This document shows, piece by piece, positions 51,571 to 64,000 of a stretch of 64,000 bases of DNA; position 1 is the first letter of the stretch, and the number at the start of each line of letters is the position of its first letter. Location of the stretch: contig NC_045707.1 in the NCBI RefSeq assembly GCF_009834535.1, forward strand, positions 57,600,001 to 57,664,000, read 5' to 3'. Source of the DNA: Camelus ferus (Eukaryota). The position numbers and the translations under genes were made by a program. The notes under the pieces were generated by a model. It worked only from the letters and a program-made list of their open reading frames with translations. It did no database searches and had not been told where the DNA came from.

Positions 51571-54503
51571 CAATAAATTCATGTTTAATTAATAACATAG
51601 GTAATCAATTTGACTATAATTTACAGTTACCGTGGTTCTGCAATGTATCAACAAACTAAATTCAGCAAACTTCTCTGGTTCTCTGCCAGTATTTGGGGGT
51701 GAGGGTCTGGGGAAGAGTGATTGGAATAAAAGATCTACTTAAATTTTGTGGTGACTTATTTAGGAATAGGCAAGTTAAAACATTATAATATTTTAACTCA
51801 AAATGTGATCCATGAGCTTTGTATCTTCCAAAAAATCAACTTTACACATGGCTTAACTTGCTTATATAAATTATCTCTTAAAATATTAATGTAGCTTTAT
51901 TATTTTTCTTTGTTACAGGATTTATTCTGATTACTTATGACCTTGGTGACAACTAAGTAACAAATATTTTGAATTACCCAGAAGTTATTCAGCTGAATGT
52001 GAGCAGATATGCACAGACATGTAACAAATTTAGAATTAGACCAATCATCCACATGATTATTCCATTCATCTATTTCTGGAAAAAAATGTCTTGTGGCTTA
52101 AACTATTTAATTAAGGCTTACTCTGTGTGTGTGTATTTTATATATACACATATATATAAAATCAGAAGGTATTTAGTAAAAACTTCTCAAATTTGATTAA
52201 TCAACCAGTATTCATTTAACACTTTTTAACATGATAAGACACTGTCAGGCACTCTGAGGAGACGTAAGTGGGTAAATGTTAAAATGTAGAAGAGTTAGTA
52301 CACTATAAAAAACACAATGCACAACTGGAAGAAGGAAAAGATGGACTGCCAGGTAGACACTAAATCCCACAAAGTAAGAAGAAGGAAAGATCACTACAAA
52401 CTCAAAGTGCTGCAAAATTATAACTAAACACTGAAAATAATATTAGTCTGTTATGATAATTTTATGTTCTACAAGGAAAACATTTATTGAGCATTATGAT
52501 ACAGTCCCAGGGGACTTCAGGTGATGGAAAGGTAAGTGTCACACACAACGACCCTTTTCTTCATGCCATTTGCTATCGGATGAGGAAGCTAAGAGAAGCA
52601 GCAGGTACCAGGGACAGAGAGCAGATTATGATGTGCCATGCATGAGATACTCCACAAAGTTCTGTGCGAGGGAGAAGGAAGGGGAGGAAGTAAAAACCTA
52701 TATTCTGGCCCAAAATGTTCATTTTGAGGATTTCTTCTGTTCTAGCAATCTAAAGTGGAAAATGAGGTAGTGAAGATTTTTATGCTATATTTAACATTAA
52801 CTTGAGAAATAAAGCACGGATGAACTTCAAGGAACATGAGAAATGTTTGAACATCATTAGCCTGTGCCCTCTTGCAGCTGTCACACTTAAAAGCATTCTT
52901 AATGTAATTTAATAAAAGATTACATTTTCTAGGACAAATTTCAAATGGGATCATATTATATACGCAAGTTTGAATGAGGAGGTTCATAAAATCATGTGGA
53001 AATTATAGTTAGGTATTTACACTTGATTATTTAGACGTTGACAAAGAAAACCAAAAGAGAATCAGATATAAGCCATAAAGTAACCAGTACAGACACAAAA
53101 CCTTTGCTAGGATCCAGAACTACTGAATTTTGAATATTGAATATTGGTTAAATCATGAAAAAAGAAAAATCCACAATTCAAATGGCCTCTATGACATAAT
53201 GATACATTGTTAAATATATGAACACATTGTGGTTAAAAAGTATGTATAAATTGCACACTAATCCCCATTTCTCTTCCCCAAATAGAGCAGAACAAAAAGA
53301 AACAGCAAAAATTGCTTAATGCACAGAGTTTAAAAAAAAGTAATAAAAGAGATTCTCCTTTTATATGCAGTCCCAATCTTAGAGGACCTTAAGCAGAACG
53401 TAAAAGTCCAATCAACCTCTGGGCTTCCTTTTACTCACTGCTGGGGGAGACAGCTTGCAAAGTGCTGCTCTGACCCTATTCATTAACCTAAACTGCACAA
53501 AGGAAGTCATACTTTAGTCCCAGAGGTTGTTGCTCATAGGAACTAACTCTAGCGGCTAAACTTGGGTTGTCAATCACAAATGGAATTAGGCAACTTAGAA
53601 TTAGTAAGACTTATTTCTATTCTCCTTCTGCTTTAAAGGATACAAAGAGTTAATAATAGTCAGAGTCAATCAACATGCAGTCAATAGTTCCTATCTGCAA
53701 GGTACATGTTCTATAAATGGCAGTATTTCTTCTAAATTAGTGTTTCCCAGATTATATTCCAGCTCTCTCCATGTCTGATTTAATCACAACCACTCTAATT
53801 TTATTCTTTTCATATATTAGAGTTCTGTGAAATATTTAATTCAGATAAAAAAGGAATTCTGCTGAAAAAATTAAAAATATTTCTCTAAATGAAATGTTAG
53901 CTATTTTAATAATTATTATTGTTCCTATCCCAGAAAGTGTCCATCTGCAAACTGTGACCTTATAACTTCAAGTTAAATAAGCACAACTGCACTTCCTAGT
54001 AGTTTCATTACATCTGATACTAAGCAATCATAATAATGATATAATCCCTCCTGCTAACAACTGAAAACATTTTTAGATTTGAAGAAAAACACATAAGCAC
54101 ATCCAAACATGAAAACTCTTTATATTACATACAAACAAAAGGAAATTTTTTTAGCTGATAAATAAATGAAATCATCACCTCTCTAGAGAACACTTCTTGG
54201 AGAAGTGGAATTGAGGTTCATATTTATATAAAGAAGTTTTAAACAGTGGCAGCTTCATTGTTGGTAACACATTTGAAGCTAGCACAGAAATGTGTGTGTT
54301 TGTGTGTGTCTATGCACAGACAGATTAAAATGCATTTGACACCTCTCTAACATATTTTTCCTATGTTGATGGGAGTTTGATAAGATGTTTATGCATTATT
54401 CTCAATGTAAGATAAGAGACTTTTTCTACTGTGCCAAGTCTTTGTCATCATCAACAGAGCTGAAGGATGTAAACAAAGAACAAGGAGAAAACTCAGGTCT
54501 TAC

Positions 54504-54649
54504 CTGCATGAAAGTGCCTGAAGTATTTCTGTAATAAACAGAATAATGTTGTATAATTCCATTCGGTTTTGAAGGAGGTGTCCAAGAAAGAACTATTGAT
54601 GAAGAACTGAGGTTTGCATAATGAACATCTTTGGGAGGATCACTGGGTG
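54504..54649 (-). CDS. PTPRQ: PTPRQ exon, 146 nt, FN3 N-half
   Basis: Acceptor ttttgtag|CA, donor CAG|gtaaga. Encodes (A)[48 protein letters not shown]; phase matches both neighbours. Confidence 0.94.
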
Positions 54650-54777
54650 CTACAAAACAAACAATTGAACAAAAACTGAACTTGTGTCTCCAAATAATGT
54701 CTGAAGTGTTCTAAGTGTTACCTGCCTTTGATAAATGATGATAATTGTTTAAATAAAACAAATTAGGAATAATATAT

Positions 54778-55206
54778 CTTGACAACATAACGCCATTTGC
54801 AGCAGCAGCGGATGTTCCTGGAGAATGTCATTCTAAGTGAAGTAAGCCAGAAAGAGAAAGAAAAATACCATATGAGATCACTCATATGCGGAATCTAAAA
54901 AAAACAAAAAAACAAAAAAATACAAAACAGAAACAGATTCATAGACATAGAATACAAACTTGTATTTGTATACAAGGGGGTGGGGGATGGGAAGGGACAT
55001 ACTGAGATTTCAAAATGTAGAACAGATAAACAAGATTATATTGTATAGCACAGGGAAATATATACAAGATCTTAAGGTAGCTCACGGCGAAAAAAAATGT
55101 GACAAATACATATATATTCATGTATAACTGAAAAATTGTGCTCTACACTGGAATTTGACACAACGTTGTAAAATGACTATAACTCAATAAAAATGTTAAA
55201 AAAAAA
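54778..55206 (+). mobile_element. 5'-truncated young L1 3' end
   Basis: gacaacataacgccatttgcagcagc…ctataactcaataaaaatgttaaaaaaaaa. TSD aggaataatat at 54765-54775 and 55207-55217. Confidence 0.92.
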
Positions 55207-55499
55207 AGGAATAATATCTAATTAAAAGTCAGAAATGAAATCCAAAAGGCTCATGGGGCCATCCCCGTAACACTCTACCATAGCAGTATCCATGCAGGGC
55301 ACATGGATTTCTGACTCATAGAACACTACCCTAGTTCTAAAAAATCCTTGCTGCCCTGGATATGAAAACAATGTTATAACATGATTCCAATATGGGATAT
55401 ATAATACGAAATTCTAATTTAACTTAGAATTTGAATGATAGAGGACCAAAGCAGAGAGCTGACTTCGTGTGTTTTATTTCATTCCATTTAACACACACA

Positions 55500-55680
55500 C
55501 AAAATACTTACCAAATGTTGAGTTCTGTGCGGAGTGCATTTACAAATATAAACTCATCTAATCCTCACATGGACCCCGTGAAGTAGGTAACATATTGTTT
55601 CCATAATACAGATGGGCAATTGAGGCACAGAGAGATTAACTAACTTTCCCAACATCATACAGCTAGAAAGTGACCAAAAG
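55500..55680 (-). mobile_element. MIR SINE
   Basis: aactcatctaatcctcac…acagatgggcaattgaggcacagagagattaactaactttcccaacatcatacagctag. Confidence 0.8.
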
Positions 55681-55794
55681 GCAATTTTGCATGTAATGAT
55701 AACAGATACTGGGTTTAATAAGACATCTTTATATTTAATTCATTTTTTCTAAGTAGGATATTCTTTCACTCGGTCTATATCCATAAGAACTCAC

Positions 55795-55955
55795 CTCCCT
55801 CAGGTGTTCGAAAGTTAATGATATTGCTTCTTGTCTTCCCATCACCAAATCTGGTGCTAGCTGTTACATAAGCAGTGTATTCAACGTTATAGTCCAAATC
55901 TGAAACTTCTAATGATGTTTCAGTTACATTAAGAGTTTTTAATGATGATCTATCC
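55795..55955 (-). CDS. PTPRQ: PTPRQ exon, 161 nt, C-terminal half of an FN3 repeat
   Basis: Acceptor tctcttag|G, donor GAG|gtgagt. Encodes [53 protein letters not shown]. Not in the ORF track. Confidence 0.93.
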
Positions 55956-58329
55956 CTAAGAGAAAAAAAGATGGTTATCTGTCCAGTTGCCCTTCATAAT
56001 AAACATTGTGTATACATTTTGAGCACAAGTACATTAAAAATAAGCAATATTTATGCACAGATGCTTATTAATCCAGACTAACAGGATAAAGGTGCCACTT
56101 ATCCTGAAATGCTGACAAGAGTCCATTTCAGTCAATTTCAGAATAATTCAATAAATAAAATTCTTTTGTTTCCAAGTATATTCAGTGATTCAACCAAGTG
56201 TTAATAGGATGTTCCTACCACAGTTTGCTTGGACTGATTTTAATGAGTCTCTAGGAATTCTGTGTATTCAAAGTAATTACAGCATCTCTTTTCATACCAG
56301 TGTTTTAGTTGCTCAAATATATGTTCTTCTGAAGTATTGGCAAAATCTCATTTATACCATGTATTTATCAAACTCATTTTATATATACTGTACAAAGTAA
56401 CATTTATTTCAGACTAATTCAAATAAACAAATGGTAAATACCTGAATAGTAATATCTAAAATAATGAGTCTGTGGGTTATCTTTTATCTATTTAATTAGA
56501 AAACAAGATTTAAAATAAGATACGAATTACATATAGGAAAGAAAAAAGTAGAGCTCACATTGCTTACTCAAAATCTTAACTCTGTTCAAAATATCACTTC
56601 AGATAAGAAAATACTGACTCAAAATTCTCCAAGTAAGTACCAAAATCCCGGGGAAGGGGGGATGTCTAGGGCAAAGTGTTGCTAAACAACATAGCTCTAC
56701 AATTAATTTCAGTCCAGTTATCTCAGTTTCCATAGAATTGGGTATAGATTAGAATCTAAAGAATAAAATGTTTATAATGGTACTGAAAACTGTACATTTT
56801 CAAAACAAGTTTAGGTTTTAAGAGCAATACATGATTAAAGAATCCAGATAAGGAAATATGACTGATACCAGAGAAAAGATACACGCCTTATGTGATCTCA
56901 TTTATTTTCCTTCTTTAGAAACACAAGGCATCCAAGAAGTAAATGGATATTCCCCCTGAACATAAAATGCTCTTTCTTTATCACTGAAATATTTGAATTC
57001 TTGGATCATTAAGGGGAATAACAGATTTTAAGTGAATTAAGGATATTCACAAAGAGATACATTTCAGCCATGGTCTTACAAAAGCATCAAATCACTCCAA
57101 ATATAAGTGTGGTTATCTGAAAAATAGTTAGAAAGCTTCCCATAGTGAGAAAAACACGGATTCTGAGTGAGTGACTGGAGACAGGCAGGATTAGCCAGGC
57201 TATTCAGTAATTTGAAACAGTTTCATCAGACATCCTTTTTCAGAAGCAGTGGGGAGAACTTTCTTTGACTTTGCTGAGACTACAGGAGAGGAGCTTTTAA
57301 AACTCTTACTGCTGTGGCTTTTAGGCCATTAATCTGAGAAAGATGCCTTGTCATAGAAACTTTGCCCAATTCCATACTCCTGTCACTGGTCACAGGTGAT
57401 TGGAACACTATAATATAGTTAATCCAATTCAGATCTCTAAAGCTATGAAATTAGCTAAAGCAATCTAACTGCATTATATCTATTTTTAAAATGTCTTTTC
57501 AAGCAGACTATACTCTCTGCTGCTTTGCATCACTGCTTTCTTGCCCTGATCTTCACGGCAAAATATTGCAGGTAAGTATCTGCCTACAATAGGAAAAATC
57601 CCAATTATGTTCCATAGATAATGCAGAATCAAGGCAATTACCTCACAAATGCAGGTCAAACATAAATTCTGTCTTATATATCTCCATATTTCAGTAAAAA
57701 GAAGACAGTCTCTACAAATTGTTTGAACCACAGACTCAATAGGTCACCTCAGCATATACAGATACAGTTTCCACGTCTACCCTGGTTTATCTCCAGAGAC
57801 AAACACAAAAAGCACGTTGAGTTTATTTCTGTTTCAGAGTTTAGAATTGTGGCTATGTTGATAATTATGGTAGAAAAATATCTGAGCGTAAATAAACTTC
57901 ACCTGAAGCTTCAACTTCCGACACAAGTTCAGAATGTATCTTAGGCACGTAAGAGATGGTCTAGCATTAAAACTGAGAACCCAGAAGAAGGAAAAGGAGA
58001 GAGAAGTGATGCTGTCCCCGAGGACCTGACCCCATCCTCCTTGTTCTTATGCTGTTGCCAGATTAGAGGAAACACATATAAACCTGTGGACTGAGGCCTG
58101 AACTCTCTACTCTCTGAAGAGCCATCTCATGAGCAGTCCTACAGCTCAGAGGGGTCACAATCCCCCCTGCATGAGAAACCCAACTTTGACCCTGCAATAA
58201 TCAGTTGTTACTCCGAATTTAGTTCAGCTGGTTTATTTTTAAAATCTGTTTGTTCTCACTAGTCTGAAAATATTATAATAGGATTATTATATGTATCATT
58301 ATAGTGTTTTGTTTCCATTCATAAAAGTA

Positions 58330-58870
58330 TATATTCTATATCTAGGTTTTTTTCTTTTATCATGTTAATAACAATGATCTATATGCAGGGTTTTTTTTTT
58401 TGTAGTTAATTAGGACATATCGTAGTTATTTAGCCTTCTTTCTATAAAGTAGCATTTAGGTTGTTTCTTTCCCTTTTTTCTTTCTTTAGTTATTACTAAC
58501 AAAGATGCAATAATCATTCTTAACTCAAATAGCTTTTCATAATGATACTTCCATTTCTGCAGGTTAAATTCCCAATACTGTGATTGAATCAAATTTTTAA
58601 AAAATTTTATTTTAAAGATAACTCTCCCAAAATAATTACAGCTCCAAATTGTAAATTATTATAACTTGGAGTCACAACAACAATGTGTGCAAACTCTCAT
58701 TATTAGTCTGGATATTAATCTTCTTAATTACTGCGAATTTAATGGACCAAAAACATTTAATTTGCACATCTGACAATGAGTGAAATAGAATGTCTTCTTA
58801 TTGGTCATTTGCAGTCCAATTTTTGGAATAACTTATTCACACAATTTCTTTTCTATATTTTATTTTAGTC
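58330..58870 (-). mobile_element. Ancient L1ME-like fragment
   Basis: ggacatatcgtagttatttagccttctttcta…aggttaaattcccaatactgtgattgaatc…tttaatttgcacatctgacaatgagtgaa is antisense old L1 3' region. Confidence 0.55.
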
Positions 58871-59496
58871 TTTTAAACAGAGAGCAATGTATATGGAAGT
58901 TAAGGAGGCACTGTTTTTTAGACAGTGCTGCAAGTGAAGACAGACAGATACTTTCCCCACCCCTTCTGAATTTAGTGATATGTCTTCAATCAATAGTCAA
59001 CAAAATTTATTCAGCATTTATTTTATGTCAGGAACTATGTTAGGCATAAATGAGAAAAAGCCAGGCTCTACCCTCAACACAGAGAGACAGAGCAGTAAAT
59101 AATTACAATACAATTCCTTAATAACGGTGTGATCCCCTTAAGGACAGTAACTTTTTCCTCCTAGTGTCCAAAAGCAAAGAAGAAGAGAAAGAGATGAGCA
59201 AGGAAATTAATTGTGACCAAAAAGTAGAAGAGAATAAAGTACAGCCCCAGAGATGCAACAAATTGCTTACTAGAGAGCTGGTCTGTGAGATTTGTGAGTA
59301 AAATAGGGAGCTGAGTGAGAAAGGGAGAGGAAGAGACAGTCTACTTGACAAAGTAGGTCTAACTGTCACATATCCGAAGTCATAAACTGTGTGGAAACGG
59401 AAGGAATAGAAATATCACACAACACTTAACGTGTCGAGTAGGTAACTTTCTATATCAGCCAAACCTTCCAAGCAGTGCACATTTTCAAACTGAGGG

Positions 59497-59523
59497 AAAA
59501 AAAAAAAAAAAAAAAAAAAAAAA
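59497..59523. repeat. A27 homopolymer
   Basis: Read directly. Confidence 0.9.
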
Positions 59524-61084
59524 CGCGGGGTGGAGGAGGTCCTCAGTGTAATCATTTTACTGATTTAATTCTAGAAATTCATTACACCATTTTAAAAGCC
59601 TTTCTGAATTTAATAAATCAAAATTATTCCAAATAATTTCAAAGTCATTTGAATTAATATAAGATGGAGTTTTTCTATTTGTCTAAACTCATTGGTTACC
59701 CCAAGAATGTCTTGGGATGAAATTAATGGAATCTTTAAGGGGAGGTTATTTCCTAGTTAATCTATATTTTTTTCCCCAAAAGATAGACCACATTTTGACA
59801 TCTAGGACAAAAAGAAAATTCTAGAGCTTAAGAGTAGTTTTTCTGCTTTGCTTAACCAATTCCTTTGTTCATTTCTTATCATGTCGAGACTATGCTAAGC
59901 AATAATTGCCCATGAGGAATCATGAATACCAAAACCATACGGAAAAACTTAAACAAAAGTTCCATTTCTCCATTTCCCCAAATATGAACAGGAACAGTTT
60001 TCTACACAAGGTCTGAGATTCTTCAAAAAGTCATGGTCTTAATTCTAATTTTCATCATCTGATATTTTGTTCCATGAGGACAGCCTAATTTGATGATATA
60101 CCATTCCTGTTCATTCCTATCAATTTATTTTCAAAACTTTAATCTGCTTTTATCTAAATATTCTATGTTAATCCTTTCACTCAGTATATACTGCTCCTCA
60201 AAATAATTTCAACATCCATTTCGCTGACTCTATCAAATCATTCTCTCCTACATATGAACAAGCAACTTCACTAATTTTCCCACTATAAGGAAACTAGTCT
60301 TCTATGGTGCAGTTACTCTAGAATATTTACTCTGCAAAGCTGGACAGTACCAGTAACTTCATAATTATGTATCAAACAACCCCAAACTAGCAAGGCATAA
60401 ATAGTTGCACATTCTATGATCCTAAAGCTTTTCTAGAATCTTACAGAAAGTTGAAATAGAATACTCATCGTTGTTACTCTTGTTTCTACTGTCATCATTT
60501 GGTTGGCTGGTTGATTTCGTTTGATTTGGCTTAACTTTGTTTTGCTTGTTAGCCTTTAGCAGAAAAGACACATTTATAAGGTTAGAATGAAAGGCCACTA
60601 AGGAGAATGAGTCTGAAGCTCACTTATACACTTATCAACCATGGTCATGAAGCAAACATAAGGAATTAGTGCCCAGAAGACAGGAGGAGGGATTGTACTT
60701 CAGCTGGAGGAGAAAGATTTCATCTCCTGAGAATGGACAAAATCCCTCAGGGCAGAATAAAGAGCTCAGATTCTATTCCAAGAGTAATGGAAAATTCCTT
60801 TGAGTGTTTTCTCCAGGGTGTGATCTTTGGGTAAATGATTAAAATAAAAATTAAAAATCCCATGCAATACTGAGATTCATTCTCTCTCTCTCTCTCTCCA
60901 GATAGACAGACAGACAGATAGACTAATCCTTATTTAAGCCTCAAGTCTCCGTGTATCTGGCCTGCCCCCCCTACCACCCCCCCCCAGTTTCATCTCTTTC
61001 CACTTTTTTCCTGTACCATTATTATTCAAGGCACAGGGCCATCTTGCTGTTGCCCACACCAAGCTTCTTGCTGTTAACCACACT

Positions 61085-61215
61085 TGATAAAATTATTTGA
61101 GTTCCTACATCTAGTTAGTATACCCCTGGACTTTTCAGCTAAATGTGTCAATATTTTGCTTAAGCCAATTTAGGTTGGGCCCAGTCACTTGAAGCTGAAA
61201 GAATCTTAACACATA
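61085..61215 (+). mobile_element. MaLR LTR 3' end (old MLT1)
   Basis: tacccctggacttttcagcta…tttgcttaagccaatttaggttggg…gtcacttgaagctgaaagaatcttaac. Confidence 0.6.
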
Positions 61216-61498
61216 TTCCCATTCTTCAACAGTTTCTCATATGCCTTGATCCTGAGTATTTCCACCATCATCATCGCTCCTCCCTGGGCAAGCTCACTTT
61301 GTCCATTTAGTATTTAAACTGTGGGGACCAGTAGTCCAACTGATTTGCGCATGCAACAATATAGTTATTCTCTCGTGATGGATAAAGTCTATCAACTAAT
61401 GTAAACCAGTATTAAGCCAGTGATTTTTTTTTTTTTTTGGTAGAACTATGCCAGATGAGTTGATGCAATAAGTTTAATCTATTATAAATTCATCAGTG

Positions 61499-61591
61499 TT
61501 TTTTCCCCCCTTAACAGAGGCACTGGGGATTGAACCCAGGACCATGTTCACGCCAAGCACCCGCTCTACCACTGAGCTGTAGCCCCACCCC
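61499..61591 (-). mobile_element. tRNA-derived SINE, Vic-1-like (camelid)
   Basis: Minus strand ggggtggggctacagctcagtggtagagcgggtgcttggcgtgaacatggtcctgggttcaatccccagtgcctc has Pol III A and B boxes and a short A tail. Imperfect TSD t(t/c)catcagt(g/c)ttt at 61489-61501 and 61594-61606. Confidence 0.85.
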
Positions 61592-61699
61592 ACTCCATCA
61601 GTCTTTATCACAAATGCTGTTATAAAACTAAGACATCCCTAGTTCTAAAAGTGTACTGTTGAGTTTTCAGAACAAAGGCAGATTATAACACTTATTCCT

Positions 61700-61900
61700 A
61701 GTGATTTGAGAAAAGCATGATTTGGGAGTAAACCACATCTGGTTATGACTCTGTCATCTTCTAGGTCCGTAACCTTAAGCAACTCCTTAACTTCATCAAG
61801 ACTTGGTTTCCACAACTATAAAATAGTGATAATATTCTTCACTTTATAGTATTGTTGTGAAAAACAAATAAGAAAATTTAGGTAAGAAGCTAAACACATT
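61700..61900 (+). mobile_element. MIR fragment
   Basis: taaccttaagcaactccttaacttcatcaagacttggtttccacaactataaaatagtgataata. Confidence 0.65.
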
Positions 61901-62099
61901 TGTCCCAAAATGCTCACTATCTCTGTTGAGCCCATTTCTTTACCTCTCCAAAATGTTTTGTTCCCCAATCACAATCCCTCCTAACTTTGTACATTTCAAA
62001 AATGTGATTTTTTTAAAAAATGACCTCCCAAATTGAAGATATAAAAACTCAAGATCCACACAGGCAAAATAAAGGACTAAAAAATCTTGAATTTAAAAC

Positions 62100-62352
62100 A
62101 GAACTGTGGTGGGAACTGAGGTAAACTGCAAAGCAAATGCTCCATCTAAAGACAGCCTCTATTCAACAACAGCTGATTCTTATGAGAAATATGTCAAAAA
62201 TACTCTGATTTTTGTAAGAAACAAAGAAAACTGAAGTTTCACTAGATACTTAATAATTTTAAAATGCTATCAGAACTTTATTTAGAATGTATTAACATTC
62301 TGCTGGGCCAGCAAAGCCAGGGTGGCCCACAGATAGTCTGTTTGTCACCTTG
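62100..62352. mobile_element. hAT-Charlie remnant (MER103-like)
   Basis: cagctgattc…tctgatttttgtaagaaac…ctgggccagcaaagccagggtggcccacagatagtctgtttgtcacct resembles MER103. Confidence 0.45.
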
Positions 62353-64000
62353 GTATCCAAGCTTCATCCGAGACATTCATGAAATTGATCAGCAGGAAAG
62401 AATTGAGACAGAGCTCTTAACATCTCATTAGAAACATCAAGCTAAACAATCAAGAGCACCCTTGGACTCAAGCCACTCCTCCTATCTGTGTTTGTTTCTC
62501 CCACCATTCTAATCTGGCCCCACCATTTCATTTCTACAATGCTACGTACAAACTTCTTGACACAGTTCATTCATGCTGCCTCCAAGCCTTCATATCCTGT
62601 TCCCACTGAAGATGTTCTCCTGACTTATCAACCTATCTTTACCACCTTCATTCCAAAATGGGAAGTAAATTCATGAAATTTGAAATGACCCCCTTTCCAT
62701 TCTAATTATTAATCTATATCATACGTTCAAACTGTAGTTTTAATAGAGTCAAAATCTTTTAGCAAACTGGAAAAAAAAATCTTTTAGCATACTGAAACCC
62801 ATTTCCAAAGCTAAGCCTTTATGTTACAGGGGAAATTATTTGACCAATGACATTTAATAAAGAGCTGCTATTGAATTCTTTCTAGTTCCTAATATATTGC
62901 TTAGCAGTGCTTAAAATTTTTTTCACATGAGCATATTTTATCTCCAATTAGTCTACAATCATTTTAAGGTTCTGTACATTTTTTAACTCCCCACAGAGTT
63001 TAATAAACATTTGTCAGACTTCTCATAATGGCTACTAAGAAAACTGAGAAACATTTAAAAGCCAAGGTTTATATATAAGCTAGAATTTTCAGCATGATTT
63101 TCATCCTCAGTACTTTTAGCTATATCTTATGGGTCATTTGCTTAGAAGTTTTACAAACAAGGAAGAAAACTACTGTTAAATTTTACTAAAGGAAAATTGC
63201 TGAGCAAATCCAAGTTGAATTCAACTATAAAATAAATAAGTTGTGTATCAGTTTACTAGAATATCATACCTCAATCCAAACTGTATTTAAAAAAAATAAG
63301 CTTAGAGGGCTCTAGTAGAAATTCATTTATTTAATGGTGGTGGCCTAAGAATGCAAGGATTGTTTCTCATTTGAAAACATACAAACAGACTTTATGAATA
63401 TAAGTGAGGGAAATATGCTACTTAGATGACAAATTTTTTTTCACAAAGCAAACTTTAGAAAGAAATATTGTTTTAAAATGCAGTAGGTGGAAACAGATTT
63501 CTGAACACACTGTCTACAAATTAAATGTGTCTCACTACAGTAGTGGTTATAAAATAATTGCACAGTAATCCTCATAAGCTATTTTATAAAGAAATACTCA
63601 TGACAGAGAAGTCATCCAGTATATCACATAAAATAGGCAACCTACAATTTGCAGACATATTGAAAATAGCAAATATACCAAAGTGTTGTTTTTAAAAGAA
63701 TTTGGTAATTACTGAAAGAAACTAAAATGATGGAAATTGAGATTTAGGAGAGAAATGTGAACCCCTGAAATAGGAACCTTGTTAATAAAGATAGCCACTA
63801 CTTATACAGTATTTTTAAAAATCACATAGATAATTGAGTGGCAGACCCACGATTCAAACCTATGTCTCTCTGACTCAAAATGCATGTGCATTATATCATG
63901 ATACATGCCTTCTATCCTCCCCCCCAAAAAAGTGAGCTGGCAGGAGTTCCAAAAAAGCAGTAGGAATTAGTGATAGTGATATGAAAGAACCCAGGATTAT

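Larger units (their letters stand above)
1797..55955 (-). other. PTPRQ: PTPRQ gene, internal portion: 11 coding exons for about 7.5 extracellular FN3 repeats; gene extends beyond both window ends
   Basis: Exons joined at GT-AG sites give 2240 nt in one open frame (1+746 codons+1). Peptides (…[13 protein letters not shown]…, …[10 protein letters not shown]…, …[13 protein letters not shown]…, …[11 protein letters not shown]…, …PPDGPPENV…, …[12 protein letters not shown]) match the mammalian PTPRQ ectodomain as I recall it, in the correct order. Confidence 0.96.

Noticed and set aside
59497..59523. Orphan A27 tract as a retro-insertion
   Set aside because: No TSD or upstream element recognisable; could be slippage.
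61499..61591. Possible functional tRNA gene
   Set aside because: Acceptor and anticodon arms do not pair properly; the A-tail and TSD indicate a SINE.
55956..64000. Next upstream PTPRQ exon (FN3 N-half ending …YYTVYVW)
   Set aside because: No matching coding sequence with splice sites found; it presumably lies beyond 64000.

Overview
AT-rich mammalian genomic DNA, most likely from a camelid: it carries a Vic-1-type tRNA-derived SINE and cetartiodactyl-type L1 3' ends, and I recognised no Alu, BovB or PRE1 elements. The whole window lies inside one minus-strand gene, PTPRQ (receptor-type protein tyrosine/phosphoinositide phosphatase Q). I delimited eleven GT-AG exons between 55955 and 1797. 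They splice in compatible phases into a 2240-nt stop-free frame encoding about 7.5 extracellular fibronectin type III (FN3) repeats. The gene start and the transmembrane/catalytic exons lie outside the window. The introns hold L1 fragments (young and ancient), L2, MIR, MaLR LTRs, Tigger7/MER44 and hAT DNA transposons, and microsatellites. Nearly all other ORFs in the track are spurious or repeat-derived. I found no convincing new biological system. The most interesting observations are: (1) a 4-unit 18-nt tandem repeat of a PTPRQ splice donor that creates a second, stop-including donor; (2) a motif cluster that is a candidate orthologue of the long-range Myf5 enhancer ECR111; (3) a tailless 5S rRNA fragment; (4) an old local duplication; (5) several informative L1 insertion structures. 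Repeat family names come from recalled consensus sequences, not from a database search.
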